A DNA stretch of 39,342 nt from a virus. The notes beneath the pieces were generated by a model. It made no database searches, was not told the DNA's origin, and was given only the letters and a program-made list of their open reading frames with translations. Shown piece by piece: positions 16,101-25,267 of the stretch. The position numbers and the translations under genes were made by a program. Position 1 is the first letter of the stretch. Each line of letters begins with the position of its first letter. The stretch lies in the UHGV virus genome UHGV-0147691; one strand, 5' to 3'.

Positions 16101-17126
16101 ATGAACAGCTATATTTGGAGATTAGAAGACTTAAAAAATATTGAAAAGAATGGCCTGAAAGTTTTTAGCTGTTTCAGTTGTGGTGGTGGCTCAACAATGG
16201 GATATAAACTGGCAGGCTGTGAAGTAATAGGAAATGTGGAAATAGATCCTAAAATTATTAAAATTTATAAACTAAATCACAATCCAAAATATCCTTTTTT
16301 GATGGGAGTGCAAGAGTTCAAAAATATACCAAATGAGGAATTGCCTAAAGAATTATTTAACTTAGATATATTAGATGGTAGTCCTCCATGTAGTACTTTT
16401 TCTATTGCAGGTAGCAGAGAAAAAGCATGGGGAAAAAAGAAGAAATTCAGAGAAGGACAGACAGAACAGGTACTATCAGACCTATTCTTTGATTTCTTAG
16501 ATGTAGTTGAAAAATTAAATCCTAAGGTAGTAATAGCTGAAAATGTAAAAGGCATGATAATGGGAAATGCTAAAGGCTATGTAAAAGCTATTGCTAAAAG
16601 ATTCAATGAACTTGGATATGATGTCCAGCTATTTTTATTTAATGCTGCCAGTATGGGAGTTCCTCAAGCAAGAGAAAGAACATTTTTTATTGCAAGGAAT
16701 AGAAAATACAATTTCCCAAAATTAAATATATCTTTTAATGAAAAACCTATTTCTTATGGAGAAGTTGAAGAAACATTAAGTGAGAAATATGGAGATAGAA
16801 TTTCTGAGAGAGTATTTGATATTTGGAAAAAAACATATCCAGGTCATAGTTTATCAGGTGCTCATCCACGAGGAAGCTATTTTAATTATTATAGAATTTC
16901 AAAAGATAAACCTGTTAATACAATTACAGCAGCAGAGGGAGGATCTCTTATTCATTATGAACAACCTTGTAAATTATCAGGAGAGGCTCTTATAAAGTGT
17001 AGTTCTTTTCCAATAGACTATAATTTTGCTGATGAATCAATAAAATATATTGTCGGAATGTCTGTTCCGCCTTTAATGATGAAAAGGGTGGTACAAGAAG
17101 TAATAAGACAATGTTTTAATAAGTAG
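16101..17126 (+). CDS. DNA (cytosine-5)-methyltransferase
   Basis: It has motif I (FSCFSCGGGSTMG), motif IV (GSPPCSTFSIAG, the PC motif) and the ENV motif (VIAENVKGM). Confidence 0.85.
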   Translation: MNSYIWRLEDLKNIEKNGLKVFSCFSCGGGSTMGYKLAGCEVIGNVEIDPKIIKIYKLNHNPKYPFLMGVQEFKNIPNEELPKELFNLDILDGSPPCSTFSIAGSREKAWGKKKKFREGQTEQVLSDLFFDFLDVVEKLNPKVVIAENVKGMIMGNAKGYVKAIAKRFNELGYDVQLFLFNAASMGVPQARERTFFIARNRKYNFPKLNISFNEKPISYGEVEETLSEKYGDRISERVFDIWKKTYPGHSLSGAHPRGSYFNYYRISKDKPVNTITAAEGGSLIHYEQPCKLSGEALIKCSSFPIDYNFADESIKYIVGMSVPPLMMKRVVQEVIRQCFNK

Positions 17127-17137
17127 GTGCATTACAT

Positions 17138-17797
17138 ATGAGTAACAATACAAGAGCTCCTACAAAAGATGAAGTTAGAGCATACTATGAAACACATAAC
17201 ATATCTTTAAAAAAACTAGCTGAATATTTTAGTATTTCTGAAAATACTGTTAAAAGTTGGAAATCAAGAGATAAAAAAAATGGTTATGACTGGGTGCAAC
17301 CTGAAAGTAAAAAAGTTGCAACTATGGGTGCAGTTGCAGATGATAGAAAAAAAGCCATTAATGAAGCTAGAATAAAAGTTATTAGTGGCTCAACTATAAA
17401 AGCTGCAGCAGAGGAAACCGGAGTAAAAGAAAGCACACTTCAAAACTATTCAGTGAAAGAAAAGTGGATTGAGAAACAAAAAGCATTTAATCAATATCTT
17501 TTCAATAAACTCATTGAAGAAAAGGGAGAGCAGCATATTGAAAGAAGAGCGGAAGCTATTGAATTTCTTAACTACATTCAGAGAAAAACAATGAAAAAAT
17601 TGGGAGAAGATGAGCTACTAAAAGATGATGCAATAGTTTTAGAGAGAGCAACAAATATTGTTCTTAAGACTATGAAGGGACAAGCAGAATTGTTAGGAAT
17701 GTTAGATATTAAATTATCTGAAAAACTTGAAAATAAAACAGAAGAAGAAAAAATACAGAGTTCAGATAGAGCAATAATTGTAAAGGTGGTTGATTAA
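17138..17797 (+). CDS. Terminase small subunit (HTH-type)
   Basis: It has an N-terminal HTH, LKKLAEYFSISENTVKSWKSR, and lies directly upstream of the large terminase. Confidence 0.55.
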   Translation: MSNNTRAPTKDEVRAYYETHNISLKKLAEYFSISENTVKSWKSRDKKNGYDWVQPESKKVATMGAVADDRKKAINEARIKVISGSTIKAAAEETGVKESTLQNYSVKEKWIEKQKAFNQYLFNKLIEEKGEQHIERRAEAIEFLNYIQRKTMKKLGEDELLKDDAIVLERATNIVLKTMKGQAELLGMLDIKLSEKLENKTEEEKIQSSDRAIIVKVVD

Positions 17798-19121
17798 TTT
17801 GCAAGAGATAGAACTTACAATGAAAAGACATTTTTATAATATTTTTTTAGATAATGATTTTGATATTCTTCTTATGATTGGTGGATATTCTTCCGGAAAA
17901 AGTTTTACAGGATTTTTAAAGACAGCATTACTTGCAACCCAAGAGAAAAGAAAGGTGCTTGTTGTCAGAAAAGTATATGCAACTTTAAAAGATAGTTGCT
18001 TTGAAGATTTAAAAGACGCTTTTTCTCTGCTTGGAGTATCTGATGAATGGAAAATAATAAAATCTCCTTATGAGGCTGAAAATAAAATTAATGGCTCAAA
18101 AATAATTTTTAAAGGTATGGATGACTGGAGAAAATTAAAATCTATTAAAAATATTGATTATATTCTAATAGAAGAAGCTGATGAGCTGAGTATGGAAGAT
18201 ATAAAAGAGTTAAGAAAAAGATTGAGAGTCTTGAATATAAAAAAGCATTTAGTTCTTATGTGTAATCCTGTATCCCGTCTTTCTTCTGTATATAGAATGT
18301 TCTTTACAGAGGAGGGATTTAACTTTGATGAGGAGGAACTTTATAAAAAAAGATTTCTTAAGAAAACAGAAACAATAATTCTTGATAACGGAACAAAGGA
18401 AAATTTCATTATAAAAGTTCATCATTCGACTTATAGGGATAATCCATTTCTTCCTACAAGTTTTATTTATGAGTTGGAAAGTGAAAAAGACCCTCGTATT
18501 AAAAGAATTGCTAGAGATGGAAAGTTTGGAGCTGACGGAGATTTAGTTTTATACAATGCAGTCTTTGAAGAAAATGTATATGAAAGATATGTTCAGGGAA
18601 AATTAACTAAAAGGGACGAATACAGAGGTATTGACTGGGGACATTCTATTTCATATACCTGTGGTTTGAAAATGGCAGTTAATAAAGTTCTAAATGAACT
18701 GTATGTATATTGGGAATATTATGATAAAGGTAAAACTACACAGGAATTAATGCAAGGGTTACAGCCTATGAAAGATAATAATATTCCAATTTATGCAGAT
18801 AGTGCTTCATCTCAGACGATAGCAGATTTTTATGATGAGGGATTTAACATTGACGGAGCGACAAAAGGAAAAGGCTCTGTTGAATACCACGAACAGCTGT
18901 TAAGAAGTTTTTCAAGAATTGTAATTGATATAAATAGATGTCCGAATACTAAAAAAGAGGCTGAGGAATGTGTGTATAAGAAAGATAAAAACGGAGAAAT
19001 TCAAGCAGGAAAATATAATCTTGACCCACATAGTTTTGACTCTATGAGTTATGGTTTAGAGGAATATGATTTTATTCCATTAAAAGAAAGAGTTAAAAAG
19101 AAAAAATATATCGGTATTTAG
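17790..19121 (+). CDS. Terminase large subunit (PBSX or XtmB-like)
   Basis: It has a Walker A motif, GGYSSGKSF, and a Walker B motif, ILIEEADEL. The track gives a TTG start, and the alternative is an ATG at 17820. Confidence 0.8.
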   Translation: MINLQEIELTMKRHFYNIFLDNDFDILLMIGGYSSGKSFTGFLKTALLATQEKRKVLVVRKVYATLKDSCFEDLKDAFSLLGVSDEWKIIKSPYEAENKINGSKIIFKGMDDWRKLKSIKNIDYILIEEADELSMEDIKELRKRLRVLNIKKHLVLMCNPVSRLSSVYRMFFTEEGFNFDEEELYKKRFLKKTETIILDNGTKENFIIKVHHSTYRDNPFLPTSFIYELESEKDPRIKRIARDGKFGADGDLVLYNAVFEENVYERYVQGKLTKRDEYRGIDWGHSISYTCGLKMAVNKVLNELYVYWEYYDKGKTTQELMQGLQPMKDNNIPIYADSASSQTIADFYDEGFNIDGATKGKGSVEYHEQLLRSFSRIVIDINRCPNTKKEAEECVYKKDKNGEIQAGKYNLDPHSFDSMSYGLEEYDFIPLKERVKKKKYIGI

Positions 19122-19131
19122 GAGGTGAGAA

Positions 19132-21237
19132 ATGGCAAAAGAGAATAAAGAAAAAAAAGAAATTATTACATCAGCAGTTGTTAAATTATTTAGTGAGAGT
19201 TCTCCTGAAACTAATAAGATAACAGATGAAACAATAGATAGATTACTTTTAGATATTGATATTAGTTCAGCACTCAATAAGATTGAGAGAGAAACAGCGG
19301 GAAGAATTTTAAAAGTTATTGCTGAAAATCCTGAAAATGATGAACAAGCAAAGGAAATCAATCAAAGATTTTCAAATATAAAATTTAATAGAATTATAAA
19401 TCATTTAATAACAGCAAGATATTATGGATATAGTTGTTTTGAGATAGTCTATAATGAAGATTTTACAATTAATTCATTAGTACCTATTCCATATAAGTAT
19501 ATTACATATAAAACATCTAATAAAAAGTGGGTATTAAGAATAGGAACAAATGAAACTGATTTAAACAGAGATAAGTTCTTATTATGTATTTATAGATGGA
19601 ATCCTGCACAACCAACAGGAAAAACAATATTTGAAAGTTGTCAACAAGCATTTTTAGATAAAGAAATGTTCTCAAGACAATTAAGAGGACTAGCAGAAAA
19701 ATATGGAGATACCATTATAGTATTCCCATACAATGAAAATTTAAGTGATGAAGAAGCTGCAGAAATTGGTAAAACAGTTTTAAATGCTAAAGGTAAAAAT
19801 GCAATAGGTGTTCCAGTTAGTAGAAATCATTCTCTTAAAGAAAGTTTTGAATTTATAAGATTATCAGATTTAGATCCTGAAATATATACAAAATTATATG
19901 CAGCAGAGAAAGAAAAACTTATTCAAAATCTTTTAGGCTCTACATTAACACTTGAATCAAGTAGTAAAAATGGAAAGGGTACTCAAGCCCTAGGAGAGAT
20001 ACATAAAGAGGGATTTGAACAAGTAGTACAAGAAGTATGTAATTTTTGTTCAGATAGCTTATATCAATTAATACAGCTTGACAGTGAATATTTTGGATAT
20101 AATCCTGGTTTATTTACATGGAAACTTGAAAAAGTAGTTACAGAGGAAGAACAAGCTGAAATTGATAAAAAACAGCAAGAGTTTATTGGAATAAAACTAG
20201 ATAATATCAATAAACTTTCAACAGCAGGTTATGAGTTAGAAAATAAATATCTTGGAGAATATCTTGGAATAGATTATACAAAGATATTAAAAAAAACTAA
20301 TTCAGTAATAAATATAAAAGAGTTTGCTGAAGAAGAAGATAAGAAATTATTTAATACTATTGAGGGAGCAAATACATTTAATGCTTATGTTCTTTCAAAA
20401 TTAAATAAATTTACTGAAAATATCTCACAACAAATTATTGAACAAGTAATGAATATAAAAGAAGGAGATGATTTTGTACTCAACTTAGATTATTCAATGC
20501 TTGAAGATGATTTAATAATTTCAAGAATAAAAGGTTTCAGCAATTCAAGATATACAACTTTTAATGAAGTTATAGAAGAATTTGACCCATTCAAAATGAA
20601 GTTTGAGGAAGCTATAAAATCATTCTTAGATAAAATGCCTGTATTGTATGACACGATAGAGGAAGTAACAGAAGATGTGAGAGCAAACTTTATATGGCTT
20701 AAAAAATCAAATGATTTAGAAATTACTACAAGATTATTTGATAGCATGAAGAAATCTCTTGAAAATGGGACTACATTTAAGCAATGGATAAAAGATTGTG
20801 AACAAGCTATCAATAAAGCTGGATTAGGTAAACAAGGTTATTACTTAGAAAATGTTTATAGAACTAATATGATGACACAATACAGTATAGGAAACTATAA
20901 ACAGCAAATGGAAGTTGTAGAAGATTATCCATATTGGGAGTATTCAGCAATAGAAGATAATAGAACTTCTAATATATGCAGACAGCTTGACGGAGTTGTA
21001 AAAAGATATGATGATTCGTTTTGGAGTGCATACTATCCACCTAATCATTTTCATTGTCGTTCAACTGTAATTTCTCGTAATAAAGAAGAACTTAAGAAAT
21101 ACAATCTTAAAATCTCTAAAGATGTTTTTGAAGTAGATATAAAAGGATTTAAAGGTAATCCTGCTGAAAGCTACTGGAATAATATAAAAATGACGGCAGG
21201 AGAAAAAGGCAGACAAGGAACTTTTAAATGGGAATAA
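19132..21237 (+). CDS. Portal protein fused to a Mu-F or SPP1-gp7-like head-morphogenesis domain
   Basis: It is the 701-aa gene after terminase. The C-terminal region YPPNHFHCRSTV matches the Mu F-like motif. Confidence 0.5.
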   Translation: MAKENKEKKEIITSAVVKLFSESSPETNKITDETIDRLLLDIDISSALNKIERETAGRILKVIAENPENDEQAKEINQRFSNIKFNRIINHLITARYYGYSCFEIVYNEDFTINSLVPIPYKYITYKTSNKKWVLRIGTNETDLNRDKFLLCIYRWNPAQPTGKTIFESCQQAFLDKEMFSRQLRGLAEKYGDTIIVFPYNENLSDEEAAEIGKTVLNAKGKNAIGVPVSRNHSLKESFEFIRLSDLDPEIYTKLYAAEKEKLIQNLLGSTLTLESSSKNGKGTQALGEIHKEGFEQVVQEVCNFCSDSLYQLIQLDSEYFGYNPGLFTWKLEKVVTEEEQAEIDKKQQEFIGIKLDNINKLSTAGYELENKYLGEYLGIDYTKILKKTNSVINIKEFAEEEDKKLFNTIEGANTFNAYVLSKLNKFTENISQQIIEQVMNIKEGDDFVLNLDYSMLEDDLIISRIKGFSNSRYTTFNEVIEEFDPFKMKFEEAIKSFLDKMPVLYDTIEEVTEDVRANFIWLKKSNDLEITTRLFDSMKKSLENGTTFKQWIKDCEQAINKAGLGKQGYYLENVYRTNMMTQYSIGNYKQQMEVVEDYPYWEYSAIEDNRTSNICRQLDGVVKRYDDSFWSAYYPPNHFHCRSTVISRNKEELKKYNLKISKDVFEVDIKGFKGNPAESYWNNIKMTAGEKGRQGTFKWE

Positions 21238-21773
21238 AAGTATCAGGAACAGCTTCAAAAAAATTAAAAGAGATTTTAAAAAGATGTAGGAATCTTAAAG
21301 AGCCTATGACGAGAATATCTGTTGACATGAAAAATGAGATTCGTGGAAATATAGATAATCAACATAGTTTTGATGGAACTAAGTGGGAACAATCTAAAAG
21401 AGCGAGTAAAGAAGGTGGTAAGACTTTAAAAGATACTGGCAGACTTTATAACTCTTTTAGAAATACAGCAGGTAGAAATTATGCAAGAGTTGGAACTAAT
21501 GTTATATATGCTAGAACATTAAATCAGGGAGCAGATAAAGGAGAGTTTGGAAAAGTATATTTTACTGTTCCGCAGCATACAAGGCGAATAAAAAAATATA
21601 AAAAAAATGGAGAGCTTTCCAAGTATAAAAGAAAAATTACAGTTCATGCTCATTTAAGAAGAGCAAAAGTTCCTTGGGGAGATATTCAAGCATATAGATA
21701 CATGGGTATTAACGAAGAAATGAAAAGAAAATATATAGCAATTTTAACAAAATATATTATTAAAGGACGGTAA
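21228..21773 (+). CDS. Putative virion morphogenesis protein (Mu G-like)
   Basis: TGRLYNSF resembles the Mu gpG family motif. The neighbouring genes support the call. Confidence 0.3.
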   Translation: MGIKVSGTASKKLKEILKRCRNLKEPMTRISVDMKNEIRGNIDNQHSFDGTKWEQSKRASKEGGKTLKDTGRLYNSFRNTAGRNYARVGTNVIYARTLNQGADKGEFGKVYFTVPQHTRRIKKYKKNGELSKYKRKITVHAHLRRAKVPWGDIQAYRYMGINEEMKRKYIAILTKYIIKGR

Positions 21774-21778
21774 AAGAA

Positions 21779-22036
21779 ATGAAAATTACAGCTATTACAT
21801 TAAGACAACCAAAAGAAAACAAAGGAAATTTAAAAGCTTATGCAGATGTAGTTATTGAAAATTGTTTAGTTATAAGAAATTTAAAACTAATTCAAACAAA
21901 AGAAAAAATAATTTTATGTTTTCCAGCAAGAAAAGTAAAGGAAAGTTTCAAAGATATAGTACATCCAATTACAACTGATTTTAGAGAACAAATTACAAAT
22001 GAAGTTGTAGCAAAATATAAAGAATTAAATAACTAA
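21779..22036 (+). CDS. spoVG: SpoVG-family protein
   Basis: It aligns along its full length with B. subtilis SpoVG: MKITAITLR...LKAYADVVIEN...FPARKV...FKDIVHPITTDFREQITNEVVAKY. Confidence 0.7.
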   Translation: MKITAITLRQPKENKGNLKAYADVVIENCLVIRNLKLIQTKEKIILCFPARKVKESFKDIVHPITTDFREQITNEVVAKYKELNN

Positions 22037-22052
22037 AGAAAGGAGGGGTAAT

Positions 22053-23036
22053 ATGCCTAAAATATTTAAAGCAGGAAATTATGGTAAAAAAGGAAATTAT
22101 TCTACTGATACTTTAAAATCTTGGATAGGGAAAGAGTTTAACATTACAGCAGGACATATTGGAGATTGGGTAAATAATGGTTATCCAGTAACAGCTATTC
22201 CTATTGCAGGAAGTTGTAAAGTTACTGATGTAGATAATGATGGTTTTCTTATAGGGGAATTTTCTTATAATTCTTTTGGTGAAAGCATTAAAGAACAATA
22301 TCCTAATCTATCAATAGGAATAGGAGAAAATGGAGAGCCTAATCATTTGGCAATGCTTGGATATGCTCCACCACACATTAAGGACCTAGATAAATCATTT
22401 AGTGAATTTTCTCAAGATTTAACAGCTTTAGAAAAAACAGAAACAATAGAATTTTCTGAAGAAGATGAGCAGAACAAAATTGATGAATTTGTGGAGTATT
22501 TAAAAGGTATTGATCCTACAAAAGTAAAATTGCAAAATCTATTTGATGTAATGTGGGGAAAAGATAACGAGAAATATTATGCTGAAAAATTAAAAGAAGC
22601 AGGATATACAGTTGAAAAAACAGCAGAATTTTCAGCAGATACTTTAAAAACTATTGCAGATACTCTAGGAATGATAGTTACTAATAAACCTGTAAATAAC
22701 TTAACACCTGAAGAAATTTGTTCAAGAGCAAAAGCAGAGTTCTCAAGAGAAGCAGAGAGGGAAGAAACTAAGAAAAAAATAGTTTCTATGTTCCCGCCAG
22801 TAATGAAACCTTTAATGGAATTTGCTATTGATAAAGCATTTGAGGAAGCAGAATATTCTAAAATTATTGAATTTTCTGAAACTGAAAAATCTACAATGGC
22901 AGAAAAATTAAAAGAATTTGCAGAAGGCGATAGTCCATTCAAACATCTATTTAAAAACATTACTAAGACAGCAGAGTTTACAGAAGAAAATGAAGAAAAA
23001 AATACAAAGACAAGAATAGGAGGATATTATGAGTAA
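22053..23036 (+). CDS. Putative scaffolding or prohead-processing protein with an acidic helical C-terminus
   Basis: It sits between the morphogenesis genes and the capsid gene. The C-terminus has repeated EF(S/A)E acidic helices. Confidence 0.35.
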   Translation: MPKIFKAGNYGKKGNYSTDTLKSWIGKEFNITAGHIGDWVNNGYPVTAIPIAGSCKVTDVDNDGFLIGEFSYNSFGESIKEQYPNLSIGIGENGEPNHLAMLGYAPPHIKDLDKSFSEFSQDLTALEKTETIEFSEEDEQNKIDEFVEYLKGIDPTKVKLQNLFDVMWGKDNEKYYAEKLKEAGYTVEKTAEFSADTLKTIADTLGMIVTNKPVNNLTPEEICSRAKAEFSREAEREETKKKIVSMFPPVMKPLMEFAIDKAFEEAEYSKIIEFSETEKSTMAEKLKEFAEGDSPFKHLFKNITKTAEFTEENEEKNTKTRIGGYYE

Positions 23037-23382
23037 TTTAGTTAAAAATGTTGCTGAATTTGATACAAAAGTTTATAAAATTTCAGGACCTTTAGGAAAA
23101 AACATGGTACTTGCACAAGGAGAAAATAAAATCGAGATAGGGCAATTATTAGCTTACGATAAAGATACAGGAAAAGTTGTTAAATATGTTAAGGACACAA
23201 AACCTGCATTCACAATAGCATTATCTGAAGCTGATAGTACTTCAGGAGATGTTCCTGTATTAGTAGCGGTACCAGGAACAGTATTTAATACAACAGAAGT
23301 TAAAGGGGCTACATTAACAGAAGATTTTAATGTTGTTGGTGAACTATGGGGAAATGGAATAACTTTAGAGGAGGTAAAATAA
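23029..23382 (+). CDS. Putative head decoration protein
   Basis: It is a 117-aa protein immediately upstream of the major capsid gene. Confidence 0.3.
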   Translation: MSNLVKNVAEFDTKVYKISGPLGKNMVLAQGENKIEIGQLLAYDKDTGKVVKYVKDTKPAFTIALSEADSTSGDVPVLVAVPGTVFNTTEVKGATLTEDFNVVGELWGNGITLEEVK

Positions 23383-23383
23383 T

Positions 23384-24379
23384 ATGGCATTAACAAGAGA
23401 ACAAGAAGCATGGGTTGGAGTATACGGAGAAATCCCTCATGTAGTAAACAGATTTTTTACAAGAAGAATTAAAAGAGGAAAAATTCCTTATGTAACAAAT
23501 ATGACTACAATTAACTTTGAAGTTGTAAAAGAATTTGCAAGAAAAGCAAAAATTTTACAAAGAGGAGCAGAATTTCCTACTGCAAAATTAAATGGTAGTG
23601 TTATTCAATCTGTTACACCTGAAGTTATAAAAGATAGTTTTCCATTCTTTGCTGAGGACCAATTAAATAGACCTGTTGGTGCTCCTATCTATGTAAATGG
23701 TAAAAAAGTAGATAACAGAACTTATGAAAGAGACAGAAGAATTGCAGGACTAAAACAATCTATTGAAACAGTTCAAGAAGAAATTTCAGCAGGTGTATTC
23801 TTAAAAGGAACTTATAAGTCTCCTGATACTCAAAATGAAGTTAAATATACATTCCCAACAGAAACAAAAGTTAATAAAGCTGACGTTAAAGAATGGGCTA
23901 TTTGGCTTACAAAACAATTAAATGAGTTCTCAAAAGATAGAAAAGTTTCTGCTTCTGAAATCTTAGTTGGAGAGAAAGTATTCTATGAAATTCAAAAAGC
24001 ATATAATACATCTTCAAATAAAGTAATTCCTGCACAAGTAACAAGAGTTCAAACAGAAGATAAAGATTTTGAATTACATTTAAATGTATTTGGATTTGAC
24101 TTAGTAATGATACCACAAGTTACAGGAACAGATGGTGCTTTAATAGATTGCTCTAAAAAAATTGTTATATACAATGATTTAGCTTTCTTACCTGCTTATG
24201 CTGGACTTGTAAATGTTACAGACGGAGTATCAACTATGGAAGCAATAGATGTTTTAATTAGAGAGACATCAGCAAACCAAAAAACAGGAGAAGCTGAAAC
24301 TCTTGGAGAATCTGGATATTGTCCTATCGTTGTAAATCCGTCTCTAGTTAAAATAATTGACGTTCAAGATTTAGCATAA
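23384..24379 (+). CDS. Major capsid protein
   Basis: It is a 331-aa protein in the head module and is followed by a strong terminator. It resembles lambda E or Mu T-like capsid proteins. Confidence 0.5.
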   Translation: MALTREQEAWVGVYGEIPHVVNRFFTRRIKRGKIPYVTNMTTINFEVVKEFARKAKILQRGAEFPTAKLNGSVIQSVTPEVIKDSFPFFAEDQLNRPVGAPIYVNGKKVDNRTYERDRRIAGLKQSIETVQEEISAGVFLKGTYKSPDTQNEVKYTFPTETKVNKADVKEWAIWLTKQLNEFSKDRKVSASEILVGEKVFYEIQKAYNTSSNKVIPAQVTRVQTEDKDFELHLNVFGFDLVMIPQVTGTDGALIDCSKKIVIYNDLAFLPAYAGLVNVTDGVSTMEAIDVLIRETSANQKTGEAETLGESGYCPIVVNPSLVKIIDVQDLA

Positions 24380-24385
24380 AGTTTT

Positions 24386-24406
24386 AGAGGGGAATAAATC
24401 CCCTCT
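24386..24406 (+). terminator. Terminator hairpin AGAGGGGAataaaTCCCCTCT after the capsid gene
   Basis: It has a perfect 8-bp stem. Confidence 0.5.
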
Positions 24407-24423
24407 TCCTTTAAGGAGGATTT

Positions 24424-24810
24424 ATGGACTATATACCACAAATAACAATAGACCATTTTGAAGAAATGTATATTGAACATGTATGCGAAGTTCATCGTTG
24501 GACCGAAGAAGAATTTGAGCAAAAATTAAATGATATTTCTTCAACATCTTTAAATAAAAAAGCTGAAAGATTTATAACTACATATCTTAAGAATAGAATA
24601 GAAAGTCTTACAGAAGATAACTGGTATGCTTCTAAAGAACTATATATTCAATGGAAACTATTTGAAGGTATAGAACTTGAAAGAGAAAGCCAAGATAAAA
24701 AAGAAAGCCTTTTAGAACTTTTAGAGCTATTTAAACAAGAAGTTATGGAACTAGAAGAAGATAGTACAGACAAGAAGAAAAAAATAGCAAAAATCATTGT
24801 GGTTGGGTGA
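24424..24810 (+). CDS. Putative head-tail connector or adaptor protein
   Basis: Assignment is by position only. Confidence 0.3.
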   Translation: MDYIPQITIDHFEEMYIEHVCEVHRWTEEEFEQKLNDISSTSLNKKAERFITTYLKNRIESLTEDNWYASKELYIQWKLFEGIELERESQDKKESLLELLELFKQEVMELEEDSTDKKKKIAKIIVVG

Positions 24811-25258
24811 TTGCATGATTAATAAAAGACTTGAATATTTTAAAAGATATTTTGAAGAAAAAAACAACAAATGGAGAGTTTTTTATAAAGAAGAACTTCC
24901 TGAAAATATTTCTCCAAAGACAATTTATTTTGTTATCACAGGCGAAGAAGTAGTAAAAAAACAAAAAACAATAGATTTTTCAATTTTTTATATTATATCT
25001 AGGGAAAAAGACGGACTTCTTAATTTCAGAGATGAAATAAGAAATTTTATAAAAAATAATTTATCCAAAGAATTTGAAACATCTAATTTCTTTTGCAATA
25101 GCGGGTATAGAATAACTTATTCAATAGACCTTGCTAGAGATACTTTAAGAATAGCTGAAATTCAATGTACTTATGATAATACAAGAGAAATTTTAGATGA
25201 AGAAAAATTTATGAACATAGACAAATTAAATGACAAATATATTATGAATGAAAAATAG
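24797..25258 (+). CDS. Putative head-tail joining or tail completion protein
   Basis: Assignment is by position only. Confidence 0.3.
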   Translation: MWLGDCMINKRLEYFKRYFEEKNNKWRVFYKEELPENISPKTIYFVITGEEVVKKQKTIDFSIFYIISREKDGLLNFRDEIRNFIKNNLSKEFETSNFFCNSGYRITYSIDLARDTLRIAEIQCTYDNTREILDEEKFMNIDKLNDKYIMNEK

Positions 25259-25267
25259 GAGGTAAAA

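Noticed and set aside
11809-16995. Antisense or overlapping track ORFs at 11809-12006(-), 12452-12691(-), 12855-13040(-), 13906-14091(-), 14098-14436(-), 14157-14357(+), 14526-14729(-), 14722-14907(-), 14831-15013(-), 16277-16555(-) and 16780-16995(+)
   Set aside because: They lie opposite, or out of frame within, convincing genes such as the PAPS-reductase-like gene, the YopX-like gene and the C5 methyltransferase. They lack RBSs and are treated as spurious.
19080-24116. Antisense ORFs within the structural genes at 19080-19361(-), 20490-20813(-), 21061-21258(-), 22113-22298(-), 22577-22960(-), 23154-23411(-) and 23907-24116(-)
   Set aside because: They fall inside the terminase, portal, scaffold and capsid genes on the opposite strand and are spurious.
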